A stretch of 64,000 nucleotides of DNA from Catajapyx aquilonaris. Lineage: Eukaryota. The first letter of the stretch is position 1; every line of letters starts with the position of its first letter. The position numbers were made by a program, and so were the translations under genes. Shown here piece by piece: positions 1 to 13,181 of the stretch. Location: NCBI GenBank assembly GCA_000934665.2, contig KZ538028.1, positions 1 through 64,000 on the forward strand, written 5' to 3'. Below the pieces are notes generated by a model, which was not told where the DNA came from, made no database searches, and saw only the letters and a list, made by a program, of their open reading frames with translations.

Positions 1-123
1 CGGCTACGCCGGCGGTGCGAACACAACGCAGCACCCGTCCCTCGGCCAAACTTGCCCTCCGCGAGTGGGAAAAATCGTCGTGACCGTGCGCCCTTAATGG
101 GTCTACCACTGGGGCACCTACCT

Positions 124-205
124 TATATCGCTCAAAAAGATGGGAGACGATTTTGCATTGAAACCAAATGCAACATCGGCTCCATCTTTTTGAGCGATAT
201 AGTAC
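124..205. mobile_element. Short palindromic MITE-like element, family A, copy 1
   Basis: TATATCGCTCAAAAAGAT...ATCTTTTTGAGCGATATA inverted ends. The same element recurs at 51375-51480 and 54347-54427. Confidence 0.75.
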
Positions 206-2138
206 ACAATCCCTTCATGCATGATCAACTCCACTATCTGACCCTGAAACCAAACCCAAAACCTTGAATGGCTCAGAGACTGTGACATGAACCAATATGA
301 CACTCGCAGATAACACAAGTTGCAAGTCTCCATCTGGGTCACCAAATTCCTGTGACAGCTCTGCTCTTGCATGATATCACATCTTTATGCATACTGCCAA
401 AGATTCACTTTGCAGTGGAGATGTTAGCAGTGAGGAGACAGTTATCAGCAGCACTTCCATGTGACTAGTGTTTAAAAAAAGGGTTCAGAGCTTGGTCTTC
501 TGACAAGGAAACTTTACGAGGTGATAATGATAGATCAGGATGAAACTGAACAAGTAAAAAAATGGAAAACATAATTATGAGAGCCACAAATGAAGTTGTT
601 TTGTGCTGAGCTGTATATTTGCAAAGTTATGATGCGTGAAAGTGCCAAATAGAGTGCATTTCCATATACAATGTGATTTAGTCAGCGACTACATACAATG
701 ACGTTGAAGTCTTATCAGTTTTTATTGTGCCAAATACACATGATAAAACTGTCACACAATTTACTTACACATAATTATGCAGTTCCCTTTTAAATGAAAC
801 ATTAATACAGACACAAATATTATAATGTGCACAACAAAATAAGCTCATATCATGGCGTGTAGTACACTTGTCACTCTCTAAGTTGTCAAAGCGGAACTCT
901 ATATTGGTGTTACGAATGGTGCATTTCAGTCTGAAGTATCCACAAAGTATGTTTTATCATTTCATGGAACATTGGTGCAGAAAACTGAGAGCAGGTAAAT
1001 GCTTGAATGTGAATAAAGATATCTCTGTGCCAAACGTTCCATTCATCCATGAAAATAATAGTATCACTTATGCACTTTACAAAGATTTCGTAGGGTTGGA
1101 ACGGGTTGGAAAAAGTATTTGCCATGAATATAAGCAGTACATTTAGCTAGCATTTGGTGCACATTGAAATATTAGTTTCTGGATAAGCCATTAACGAAAA
1201 AGTGAATTGCAAGTGGAAAATTATACGACAGTTTAACCATGTGTATTTGGCACAATAAAACTGAACACAGACTTCAATGCCATTGTATGTGGTTGCTAAT
1301 TTCTATTGTATATGAAAATGTACTATTGTTGGCACTTTTACATGCCATAACCCACAGGAATCTACCGCTGCCAGCCACCCTAATCCTAGTCTGCAAATGC
1401 CCCCCGAGAAAAGGTCGGTTTGGGTTGGTTCCGAAGGCGGTCAACCCGAACCGATCCGAGATTCCTGTGGGGGGGCGCCAGCATCAAATTCCCTGCATGG
1501 CGGAGACATTTATATTAAACTACTGTCAACACAGGGCTAGGCTGGAAGAGACAGGGGGCTACCATAACTTTCGGAAATTTGCCACTCTGCACAAAATGAT
1601 TTCATTTTCGGTTATCATCACCATTGGCATATATGATGCACTTTTTTCCCCACGAAACAGCCCCTTGTCTTACATGCAAAAATATACTTTTTTTCTGAAT
1701 ATGATCTGCTGAAATGGGGGAGCATCTTACATGCCCATGTGCCGTCAAATACGGTATATATTCTCCTTTATTAGCACCATTCAGTTTCATCCAGATCCGT
1801 TACCCCATCACCTCGTAAAGTTCCATTGCGAGATATGACATCCATTTGTGCCTGAATCGTTCACGACAGCGGAGACCCAGCTTGTTAATGAATACCTAGA
1901 ATCCAGGCAAACCCTAGCAGCTTGGCATAATAGCCCAGTAGCCAACACCATTTACTGACAAGTAATTGAGTCATTCCATTATCCTAGTACATGTAAACTA
2001 ATCGCCTGCACTCTGCAAACACAACATTCCTGCATGTTGATACGTAATGCTGTGCGTCCAGCCTGGCTGCATCTAGCAACCAAGTAATGGACCAGAGTGT
2101 GCCGTGTGAGCACCCCCTGATGCCCCTGATGTGCGTAC

Positions 2139-2276
2139 CTGCAACTGCCTGAGCCTGTTGACCTGGTGGTCGACGGCCTCCATCATCCTCCTGGCCGGGG
2201 AGGGCATCCTCTTCTCGAGGGCCACGCGACGTCGGTCCTTGACCACCCTCGGGGCGCTGCCCAACACGTCCCTCAT
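2139..2276 (-). CDS. Probable first coding exon (46 aa) of an unidentified gene continuing left of the window
   Basis: ORF MRDVLGSAPRVVKDRRRVALEKRMPSPARRMMEAVDHQVNRLRQLQ with G/C-ending codons, ending at phase-0 donor CAG|GTACGC (2138). GC-rich leader lies upstream. No second exon found in 1-2130 and no family recognised. Confidence 0.45.
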
Positions 2277-3635
2277 CTCCGCCGTTCCGAAAGTGTTCCA
2301 AAGTGTTCTTCCAAGCGGTGTGGTTGCCTACGGCGATGGCGGCCCTCCCCCACCTCTTTGTGTGTCTTCTTGTTCCTTCCACCCACCCCAGCCAGCAGGT
2401 AGGGCGCTGCGATGCGACCGACCCAGACACTCTCTGGGGGTGAGGGGTAGGCTCGGGTGGTTGGTGGTCGCCTAGCGAGGGGGGGAACGGCAGCGGTGGT
2501 CTGGCATGGCGCTTCCGCCTAGCTTCTTCTTCCCCCCTACCCGACGTCTAATCAAATGGTCGCCTGCTGCTGATCCACCACATCGATTCGGGACGTCCGA
2601 AGATCGACGAAACGATACTCTCGCCGTTAAAAAGTACTGGGCACAACATCGATTCTGCACGTTCGATATCGGCTGAAAGTATCGGGTTTATTTGGATATG
2701 AATTACGTAACGGGTTGGACTACCGGCCGCCAGGTTCGCATCTGACGCTCATGTGCCGTGCCATCTACTGGCAGCGGAAGAAACTAGTCGGTTCAGATCG
2801 ATTGGGGTGCCGATGGGCCAACTGGTAGTGGCCTATCGTACTACATCCAAGTGGGGGGGAGGGCCAGGCAGTGTTGCCAAATTCTGGCAATGGGGTTCAC
2901 TACTAGTTAACAGTAATCAAATAATGGGTACTTTGCAAGGTTCACTACACTCTTATTGTAAATATGCTTCTCTCTTTATTTCTGTAGTTGGACAATATAA
3001 ATGCACAACAATTATTTCACCATGTGCATCATCGGTCTCTTTATTCTCTCTCTCAGTATATTTCTTTTTCAATTGTTCTTCCTCCAGCACACCAAAAAAA
3101 AAAGGGGGGGGGGGGGGGGGGTTCCCGTNATAAACAAGAGTACAAACTTAAGTAAACACTTGCGCACTGCCTTATATCAAAAACACAAGAAATTGAGGTT
3201 GATAGCATCATGGAGACATTTCCTTTCGGAGGACATGTGAGGAAGTAAAGTCAATAAAAAACAAGTGGAGGGAGGGAAACGTAATATCTATACACTTTAT
3301 GTGCAGTGGCAGATGGCACCAATGCCAATGTACATCAGCAACTGCTCAGATGTCCGGATAGCGTCCAACTAGGGCTATGTTTCTAATCCAGCCGAAGCAT
3401 TGCTCCTCACACACAAAAGTTTGTATAGCGAGTGCCAATGCCTGGGCTCGATATATCTCCTCAGGATTGCTGTGCCATGAGCCATAGGTATCAAGTACCT
3501 CTCTTCGCATAAATATCCGCCACATGGATGACCACTTTCTTAAGCATTGGGTGTGCATCTCACTTTCTTACAACTAAATTTGACAGTAATAAATAAAAAT
3601 GGTAGGACTCTGGGATAATAGGAGGATTGCTGCCC

Positions 3636-6600
3636 TCAGCTGTTGAGCAGCTTTTCCACCTGCAGCCACAAGTTCTGGAAGTCGCTTAATAGTGTCGCAA
3701 GCCACGTCTCGTCAGCTAGTAGCTCCTTCAGGATATCAGTGGTTGCATCAAGCCCCAATCGCTCTCTCTTAACCGTCACCTGGTTAGCGCACTTCACGTA
3801 GAAATGGTACTTCTGATGGGCCAGTTGGTTGTACAGGGTGACCTTTTCGGCACATCTCACACACACTAGGTACTCCTGGAAAGAATTAGTGCATTAGTAG
3901 TGTCAGCAATTATTGTTGGTATTGACAATCATACAAGTGGCTCTATACACATGTAATCCTTTGCCAAAAATAGTTAACATTGTCTAATTTACCTTCTTGT
4001 CAGTGCTTGGCTTCTTGCTCTGCAGTGTGGTCGAGTCATATGGCTGTCCAAACATATGGAGGAGCTGCAGAGAGGGTGAGTAGTCATTGCAAGCTTCACA
4101 GCTTCCTTCAGACCGGCCAACCTTGACAACATTGACGCATGGCCAGGCAGATGCACAGAGCTGAAATCAGACAGTACTCAAGTCAGTACAAATTCAGTAA
4201 ACATGACAAACTCCCAAGCCAAATCCAACACACCTCGAAGGCTGAGTTCCATCGCAGGTACCTCACCATCTTCCTCCTGAGGTCCTCAATTGTACTGTCT
4301 ATATTCTCAACAGTGGGCACAAAGTAGTCATCTGCATGAAGATCAGGTACAAAAATTAGCAAGTCAGCACAAGTCGCCATAGAGATTTGGAAAATGGTAG
4401 TGATATACAGGGTGAAGGGAAACTCGCGGACAATCGCCAGGTAGATTGATAGTACTCCCAAAACTAATATAGGGAAGTGCAATTAGTTTTGGGCGCTGTT
4501 GCGTAGTTAATGCGTACATTAATCCGCCTTAAAACCATCTGACCCAGTTAATGCGTACAGCGCCTTTAAAATGTAGAGGGCCAGATGGTAAAACATGGGG
4601 CAAAAACGACAAAGTGCATGGGTGTTGTACCCGGATTCTTACTCCGATGGGGTTTGATCACCTATTGTACAGTGTTGGACATTAATCGCGGCATGCTGCT
4701 AGAGACATTTTCTGAAGCGGCAGAAGACGGAATCGAAGATAAGGATAGTGCAAGTGAGCAAGATTCCTTCTGCTGCTTCGGAAAATGTCGCTAGCAGCAT
4801 GCATTAATTAATGTCCAACACTGTACGTGGACAATGTGTTACGGACCCAAGGCCGGATTATTCGCAGGCCCTCGAGCTGGCTTTTGCTTCTTTGGAGCTG
4901 GCAGAACGGATGTGACGTCACGAAACTTTGACAGCGCCATACACATTAACTATGCAACAGTGGCCAAAACTAATTGCACATCCTTAAATTAGTTTTACGA
5001 GTACTATCACTCACAAGTCAGTGTCAGTCTACCTGGCGATTGTCCGCGAGTTTCCCTTCACCTTGTATTAATCCAGTACATATTCCAATATTCTCCTGGG
5101 GTCAAGTATTCTCACTCCCAAAAAAGTAGGAATTGAAAAGTTGGCCATATTATTTGTAAAATTTGAGGGAGTACTCGACTATTATTAGGTATTCACAAAA
5201 ATGGTATCAGAGTGGCTTGTACAGTGTATTATTGAAGAAAAAAAACTTTTATATCCCTTCAAGCTCCACAAGCACATGTGGTCATTAATTGACATGTGCA
5301 GCCCTCTTCTGCAAGTACAAGTGCATGCTTCCACCTGCACCTGCTGCCTGCAGGGATACAAGGCAGTTTTTTCCAGCAGCGTAGAGGGTTATGGCAAATA
5401 TTTTGGCACACAAAATTATTCTCAAGGGAAAATGCCAAAGACCCCTGGTATAGATCAAGAATGGGAATGGCACCTTTGTAGCTCAAGACAAATTACACGC
5501 TCAGATAACAAGCCTTACCCTTCTCCTGGTAGATCTCGTTGAGGAAGTTTGTATCCAGTGCTTGGGAAATGAGGGTCTGGACATACACATCAAATTTATC
5601 CTTGAAGGTACCCTGGTCATCATTTCCCACAGATGAAAGGGCAGATCGCTGATTGTTCTGAACTGGTGAGGTTGCCTCTTCTTTTGGGTGAGCAACCACT
5701 TCTGGAGCAGGTGGCGGCTCCCTGATGAACTCCACTATCGTTTCATTGCGGGACTGCAAGACATACTTTACCTGGATTTGCTGATACTGGCCGTGATTGT
5801 TAGGCATCCACGCCGAATACTGTCAATGAAACGTAACTTTTAAACGTTGTCAGGTGTCCATCATATTAACATACTGTATTTTGCATGCGATTAGAAGTAA
5901 TGGTAACACTACAGATGTGCTGTTTAGAAGTTAAGATTGCTCTAGCCCACTTAACAGGACCTCCCTTCCCTAGTCTAATTTCTCGAGTCCTCCTAATCTT
6001 GGAATAGGGGCATTTAAGCATATTCTTAGTTTCTTCATAAATGTATTTTAAAGGCACATGAGAAGTCAACCATGACAGGCCATGTTTCTCACTACAACCC
6101 CAATGGAAAGGTAAGAATTTTTAAGGACCAAACCTCTACTCATCCCTACTTGCTTTTAACAGTGCATGTGCAATTAGGTCTAAATAAATCCTTCACAACC
6201 AAATTGCTGAATATTTAACTCATGTTTCACCGATTCACAAACTTCAATAATAATTACTGTCACCTGAATTGGCAGCCATCTTTGATCACCACAAAACACA
6301 GACTGTATGGACTTGCTCTCCTATCTAGACACAAACACTTAAGACACAACAGCGGTTCCCAACCTTTTTTTCGGGTCGCTGACTTAAGCGAATCACCTAA
6401 TTTCAATATTTAAAGCATTAAAAGTGATAAATCATGGCACAGTCACATCAAAGGAAACTTCCTACAATCTAAAATTACTTTCAAAAATGTGCCAGTCATA
6501 CTAGACCAAACTTCTTTCAGGAAAATGACAACTTAAGCATGCCAATGCAAGTAGCAAGCAATCAACCACCGAGACTGACCGTGGAGATGTTTCTGTAATA

Positions 6601-9600
6601 TGTCTTTCCATCCTTTAGAAATGGAGCATACTTCTGCAGCAGTGTCAGCCCATCCACCCTCCATATGGTGGGGTGTTCCTCCTTCTCTAGTTCAGACTTC
6701 TGGGCAACAAATTCTCCAGACTGGAAAGAACACACCAGGAATGAAAATGAATCAGCACAAATCATTACATGCAGATATCTACAAGAAGTGGCAGCTACCT
6801 TGAAGCGCATGGTATCAGAAATACCATCTTCTGCCTGCAAAGTTGCGTTGTCACCACCTGTCTGATCTGCCATGTTGGTTGATCGAATCCCTGACCCAGG
6901 AGGTCGTCCCCTTGATCTGGACATCTTGGCAGCTGGTTCTCCTCCTCCCCCTGCCTCCATTTCCATTGACCCCTTCCCTCTCTTTCTCCCGAAACTATTA
7001 CCCGCCCTCCTGCTCCTCCTCCTCCCACTTCCTTCCTCATCAGAAGAATCGCCACCACCTCTTGTCTCCTGTTAATATTTGCAAAATTACATTAGCATTT
7101 TTAAAAGAATAACTTCTTCCAGCCCAAAGAAATTGCCATGAAATTGGCATCACCAACTATAACCACTGCTCAAGTCAGTAGTGACGCTGCACACAAAGCT
7201 GGGTTCTCATGGGATGTGGTCCGAAGATGTTATGTTTTTGATGGATGTAACTTGCAATCCACCATTCCCCCCCACTACCATCTTAATAACTGGCCCCAAA
7301 TATAGAGCCGGCCAACTTTTCTGATGCTGATAACCGAGCTCTAGGCTGACTGACTCACGTCAAGCAAGCACATAGGCATTGCTTCCTTAAAGCAAAAGTT
7401 ATTTCTGGAATAGGTGGTGAGGAGCTGCAGTGCTCAGCTTCATTGGGAAAAGGTTATGCCTTGTATGCACCAATGTTCTAGGCCTAAGAGCGCCTAAGAG
7501 AAAGAAGAGTAAGTTCAGTTTCAGATCATATCTCATCTGAACCCAGCTTTGGTTGTTGCATTTTGCATTGATGAATGGTGACGATTTTAAGCATTACGTT
7601 TGTGTCTCTAGTGTATTAATTTTTTCCAATGGGAGAGCCCACCTTAGAAGCATATGGAGTCCATGCAGGGTCAGAGTCTGAGTCCACAATGTCCGGTTCA
7701 TCTGCAAGGAACTCGTCTTCTTCCTCTGCCTCAACATACTTCTTCAGGTTAACCTTCTCCTTAGCTTTCCTGCCCCACAGCTCCCGACGAGGCCTTGTCT
7801 CTTCTCCTACAAACAGTAGTTAATTACCCTACTTTTCCAATGAGGTAGCAGTAAAATGTCAACCACTATTAAAAGCATACGTGCAATTTGCAAGTATTTT
7901 TACACCTACATTGGATTGCTTGCCACCAGATCACAATCAACCAAAGGCATAGTGTAAAAACCCATCAAGAAGAATTTGCCTAAGTCTTTATTTTCGTCAC
8001 AGCTCATCATAGCGGTGAAGGCTCCATCATTTCATGTATTTCAGTTGCCGTATTTTGACTTTGTTCAATATTTCTGACAAATATTCATCATGCATTCATT
8101 TTCACATGACACCAAAATGACCAATGTTTTTGATTGTCATGCAGAGTTTCACGCAGGATGTTAAATGAACAGCTGACCTTTTCCCTCATCATCTTCATCA
8201 TCTTCACCCTTGGCTCTCTTCCCCCCCCTTCCCCTCTTCCCACTGGACACCTCCAAGGTTGATTGTTCCTTTCCTTTGCTCCTCATTTTCCTCGTGCTCC
8301 TCTTTATGCCTCTGCTCCTCTTCCTGCCTCCGTCACCATCCTCATCATCGTCCTCATCTGCATCTTCACTGACACCCTCATCTTCATAATCCCCTCCATC
8401 ATCATCGTCATCATCTTCCTCCTCTTCTCCAGCAGCCCAATCCTCATCCTTGTCCTTCTTGTGGGGTGGTGACAATTGTGGAGGGGATGGAGAAGGGGAT
8501 GGAGTAGTTGCGGCAGGTGGGAGAGTTGGAGGACAGACATTGTTGTTTTTTTCATCTTGCACAGCAGGAGGGGTGGGAATATCTATTCTGGGGGGCAGGG
8601 ATGTACTGACAGGTGATGAAAAGGGAGGTGTACACATTGCAGGAGGCGAGGGTGCACTACCATGACCTTCCTCAAGGAACTTGAGGAATGAGTCCATGAA
8701 GCTGTTACTGGGAGGAGGCCTGGAGATGTTGTTCACTGCTGCAGTTGAATGATTGTCCAAACTTTGGGGGCCTGTGACAGTTGATGTCATGGGGTTTAGT
8801 GGCACTGCTGCAAGGAAGCCCAGCTCTTGCTCAATTTCTACTGGGGGCACAACCACGACCCTTCCTTCTAGAGGTGGTCTCCCTCTAGGCCTACCCCGTG
8901 GACGCAAGCCTCGAGGACTGCCTCGGGTGGTACCCCTTGACCCTCTTGGTCTTCCCCTGGGGCCTCCCCTCACAACCGGCCTCCCTCCCCTGCTTCCTCT
9001 ACCCCGGCCCCTACCCAAACCAGACATTGTGGGTGTTGACAAGGGTGAGCCAGGCAATTCAACAGATTGTTGGACATCGCCTGCCATTGGGGAAGAGCCC
9101 ATCCGGCGCATCTCCTCCAGTGGGAAGTTCTGAACAACACTAATACTGCTGGCACTCGATTTCAATTGGTTTGGATATGGCTGTGGACACTGGGCCACCT
9201 GGGTTGGGTTCACGGGTTCCTCCTGAGGAGGCACATATTGAGAGTATGGGGAAGCTGTGTATGGTGGTGGTGGTGGGGGTGGGGGTGGAGGGGGCTGAGA
9301 GGGTTGTGGATTTGCTGAGTACTGAGGCACATTGTAGGGTGGGAAGTTGCCCATGTGGTTGTAGGTTGGTTGGGGATGGTACGGTGGAGGAGGCAGCTCT
9401 TCACTGGGGTCAACTTTCATTGCTAGGTTAGGCTGCTGATAGGCTTGCTGCTGTTGGCTTTCATGAGATGGGTAATGAGGGTTGTGTGAAACGAACCTCT
9501 GCTGGAGATGATGGGAGGAAGCTGCAGGTGATGGTGTGGGCTGATGGGGCTGGTGGTAAGGTGAGTGGGGCCCACCAGTGTTGGCTGGTGAGGGAGATGA

Positions 9601-10656
9601 TGAGGGAGCCGGGGAAGGTGGATAGGAGTGCAAGAGGGGTGATTGGGGCTTGGGAGGAGGCGCTAGTAAATGGGGATGAGATTGTGAAGAAGGGTGGTAG
9701 TGAGGGTGGTGGTGTTGCTGCAGGTGATGTGGTAGGTAAGGATTATGTGGTGGGCATGTGGTTGAGGTGGCTGATGAACTGGAGGATGGTGTTGGGGACG
9801 AATTGGGAGAGGATGGGGATGGAGATGACGGAGATGGAGAAGGGGGGAAGGCGGCACTGGGCATTCCTGAAGGCATTGCCCCTGAGGAAGAAGAAATGAC
9901 ACCAGTTCTGGAAGTGGATGAAGTAGGAGCAGGTGAAGCAGGAGAAGGAACCTTTGCTGGGGCCAAGAATGGGTGAGGAGTCATTCCTGGCATGGCAGGA
10001 TTTGATGTGAGGTGTGAGAAAGAGGATGACAAGTTGTTCGTACCATTGCTAGTGGTGGTCACACTAGCGAAGGGTACTGGGGAGTGAGACTGCTTTGGAA
10101 TCAAAGTAGGGGCCATACAATAGGGCGTTGGAAAAGGTGGTGGGGCATGGCTAAGTTGGGGGTTGGGATGATGATAAGTAGGGTGGTGTTGATTCTGGTG
10201 ATGCAAATAACCAGAAGTGGAGTCTCCCATACCCATACCCCCCATCCCTAGGCCTCCTAAGCCCATGTCCATGTGAGCATGTGGGAATGAATGGTGTGGC
10301 TTGAGGTAGGATGACTGGAGAAGCAAGTCTGGGGGAGGAGCAGACCCAGGACCACAACCAATTGAATGAGGACTACTGCTGCTGCCACTGTTGCTTCCAT
10401 TGGTATTGATGTACGTGTTACTTGTCATCGTGGATCCAGTTGTGCTCATATGTAGTGACTGGGTCAGGGAATAGCCACCTGGATCCGCTGTGGAGGTCAC
10501 TGGGGTAGTACTTCCGGAGACTACACCTTGTCCCATGCCCAGCCCAGACCCATGTTCTCCCTGTCCTCCACTCCCTCCTCCTCCAGGGTAACTCCCTCCC
10601 ATCCCAACACCACCTAGATGATTGTAGGTGCATGGGGACCACGAACCCGGATCCAT
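3636..10656 (-). CDS. QSER1: QSER1/PRR12-like nuclear protein: low-complexity N-terminus, AT-hooks, C-terminal DUF4211 region
   Basis: Exons 10656-8178, 7806-7643, 7068-6799, 6720-6580, 5819-5519, 4331-4234, 4160-3993, 3875-3636, all GT-AG and in phase. Motifs: SFMDSFLKFL, RGRPR AT-hooks, DSDSDPAWTP, FDVYVQTLISQALD, and the C-terminus LYNQLAHQKYHF...WLATLLSDFQNLW, which resembles the PRR12/QSER1 C-terminus from memory. Confidence 0.82.
4408..5065. mobile_element. Tc1/mariner-type MITE in an intron
   Basis: Near-perfect ~38-bp TIRs CAGGGTGAAGGGAAACTCGCGGACAATCGCCAGGTAGA / TCTACCTGGCGATTGTCCGCGAGTTTCCCTTCACCTTG, subterminal inverted similarity, TA on both sides. Confidence 0.85.
4670..4823. 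mobile_element. Second TA-flanked MITE nested in the 4408-5065 element
   Basis: TA-CAGTGTTGGACATTAAT...ATTAATGTCCAACACTG-TA with imperfect arms of about 55 bp. Confidence 0.8.
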
Positions 10657-13181
10657 CTTGTTCTGGGAATAACTTCTTCCCAATTAACAGTTCCGTCTTC
10701 GCCTTCAGCCTCTCTTCCCTTGTCTCAGCTACCACATTACTCCTGAAACAGAACCTCAGTTCAAGCCAGGCCACTTACCCTCCCTATTAAATTAATTATC
10801 TCCTCTCTTAGTGCTACCACTACCACTCACCAAACTACAACCAGATTGCAGTACCTACTTCCTAACTACACTCTGCTTTAAAAAAATTTGAGGATGTCAA
10901 ATGAACCACACTGGAGCCACAAATATGCATCCAATCATTGCAATTACCTTCAGTCTCAACGCCTTTAATTTAAACACAGGCCTGATCACTCAATTACGCT
11001 TGGTTACAAATTATCAAGAAAGTGACTCATGTGGACTTTTTGAGACCCACAATGCCCACTTGAATGAGAAAAACGTAATGTTGTATGCTCTCAGAATTCC
11101 TGCAATAAACAAGTGCAGTCTCTGACATTGTCTTGTGTCATATATCCATATGATCAGGTCAGGGTGGGGGATAAAAGAGGCACTGCTAGTCACTCAGGAC
11201 ATTTCTACTGGACAGTGGAGTAGTGACAAAAGTACAACAAAAATCAGGCCAATTATCAGGAACAACAAAAGTAAATTGTGGAAGAACTACCACTGGTCAA
11301 AAGGCTGCAACACAGACCGGCACCAGGCAAATAACCACCAATCTGCACAAGAACCAACACCAAATTTAGCATTTCACAACATTCCAAATAAAAATATGCA
11401 AACACTTGTATCACAAGACAAGGTGTCACCTGACCCAGAAGAGGTCAGCCACTAGAAGAACTTGAACTTGGGGTTAATCTAAGTAAGGTAGCAGAGTGAG
11501 TTGAATGCATTTGAGTGAGTGAGTGGAGCAAAACGGAAGGAGCAAAATAAGCAATCAATCAATCAAATCCAAGCCTGGCTTAAAACCCTGGTTCTTTATC
11601 AGGAGGGGTGCATAACATGACAGGAGGGAGCTATGGTAAGAATGGCTTGAGGGGCATTTTTGTGTGGCCCTGGCCAGATTTAAATTCACACTACTATCAT
11701 CCAGTCCACAATGTCAGTCAGTGGTCTCAAGCTTTCAAATACTCTTGGTTCCACAGAAGCCATCCAGTTGCAACAAACAGTAGCAGCAGCAAACAGAATC
11801 TCTTACAGCTACAATGCTGTGCCACCAAATTAAATGATCTTTTCCCTAAGGGAAGTGAGTGCCAGCAATATCAGCTGAAGTCCAACCCACGATTCTTCAC
11901 AAAATATGACTACCTATCATTACTTTGCTCCATGTGTTTCAGGTTCAAAATAAGAACAGTGCAGAAACAAGCCAGAACAAAATTAATTGCAAAGGAACAA
12001 AATAATATGCCACTACAATATATACAAGAGGCACATTCCATCACCAAAGATTCATTTTTGCACAGAAAGGCAACCACATGCACATTAAGCAGCTTTTTGT
12101 GGCATTGCATAATACAGGGCAATACTTCATAATCCATTAACAACCATGTCCTCCAAAAAGAAAATCCTCACCATAATCTGATTCCATTCAGTACTGCAAA
12201 CAGGTTCCATTTTTATTGCACCAAAATGTAAGCAATGCCACAACACACAAAATTAAATTACAAATTTCAGGATTTCCTCATCTGCAAGTAACAGCCAAAA
12301 TTTCATTTTCAAAAAATCACATTTTAAAAACATGGTTAACAATATGTTAATCATCACTGTGTAGGTGACAGAAATATCTTTTGTCTCGTCATCACCAATA
12401 TTTCTTCCACAATAATGTTCTGGCAGATATTCCCGCAACCGCTCAGCCCATTTTGCCAAAACCAAGCACGAGTTAATTCCTTTGGACTTAAAGAGTGTTT
12501 CACAAGTTCAGCAGCAAATGAGTGGTGAGTGAGTGACAGGTGACAAGCAGCAGCCAGCAAGGCAAAAGTGAAATTACAGAACTTGGCTATCCCATATCCA
12601 AGAAAAGACATTCCAATAAACCTTGTGCAGTCCAATATTGCGGTGGCCATTAAGCACTTATCATAGTAACTGACCGCCTTAACCAAGTTTCAAAGGTTTC
12701 CATGGGAAGTTGGTCTGCCCACTTCACTCCGCATTATTGCAGCAACATGTAAATAATGCACAATTCCAAACATCTGTAGTAGGCAAGCTCTTTTTTTTTT
12801 TTACCCCACACAAGCATTCAAATAAGTTTGACCGCCATGGCAAAACATATTTTAAAAACCACTACTAGATTTTTAAAAGCAACACTGCCCACCATGCAAC
12901 AGCAGAAGTGCTACTACTGGTGGGATGCTACTTCTTGATGAATGTGTGCAACATGCCTCAGGGCAAATTCTACAATGGAAATTCATCCCAATGAAAATGT
13001 CTGCTAAAAAGTGCATTCTCAAGATCTCAAGCCACACATTTGAAGTGTTAATCTTAGCAATCAAACGTGATTTACTCGCAATAACATTCCACAAGGTGCA
13101 ATTACCTTGAGGTTTTGTCATCTCTGCAGAGCAGTGGTAGCATGAGTGCATATACAGTATTTCGCAATGCAATAAAAGTTA

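Noticed and set aside
3094..3130. Poly-A/poly-G run with an N
   Set aside because: Homopolymer next to an ambiguous base; probably low-quality sequence or an assembly join.
8263..10357. Many overlapping ORFs here and antisense ORFs over M6 (54668-55420) and PLK4 (60011-60769)
   Set aside because: Shadow ORFs expected from GC-rich, low-complexity coding sequence.
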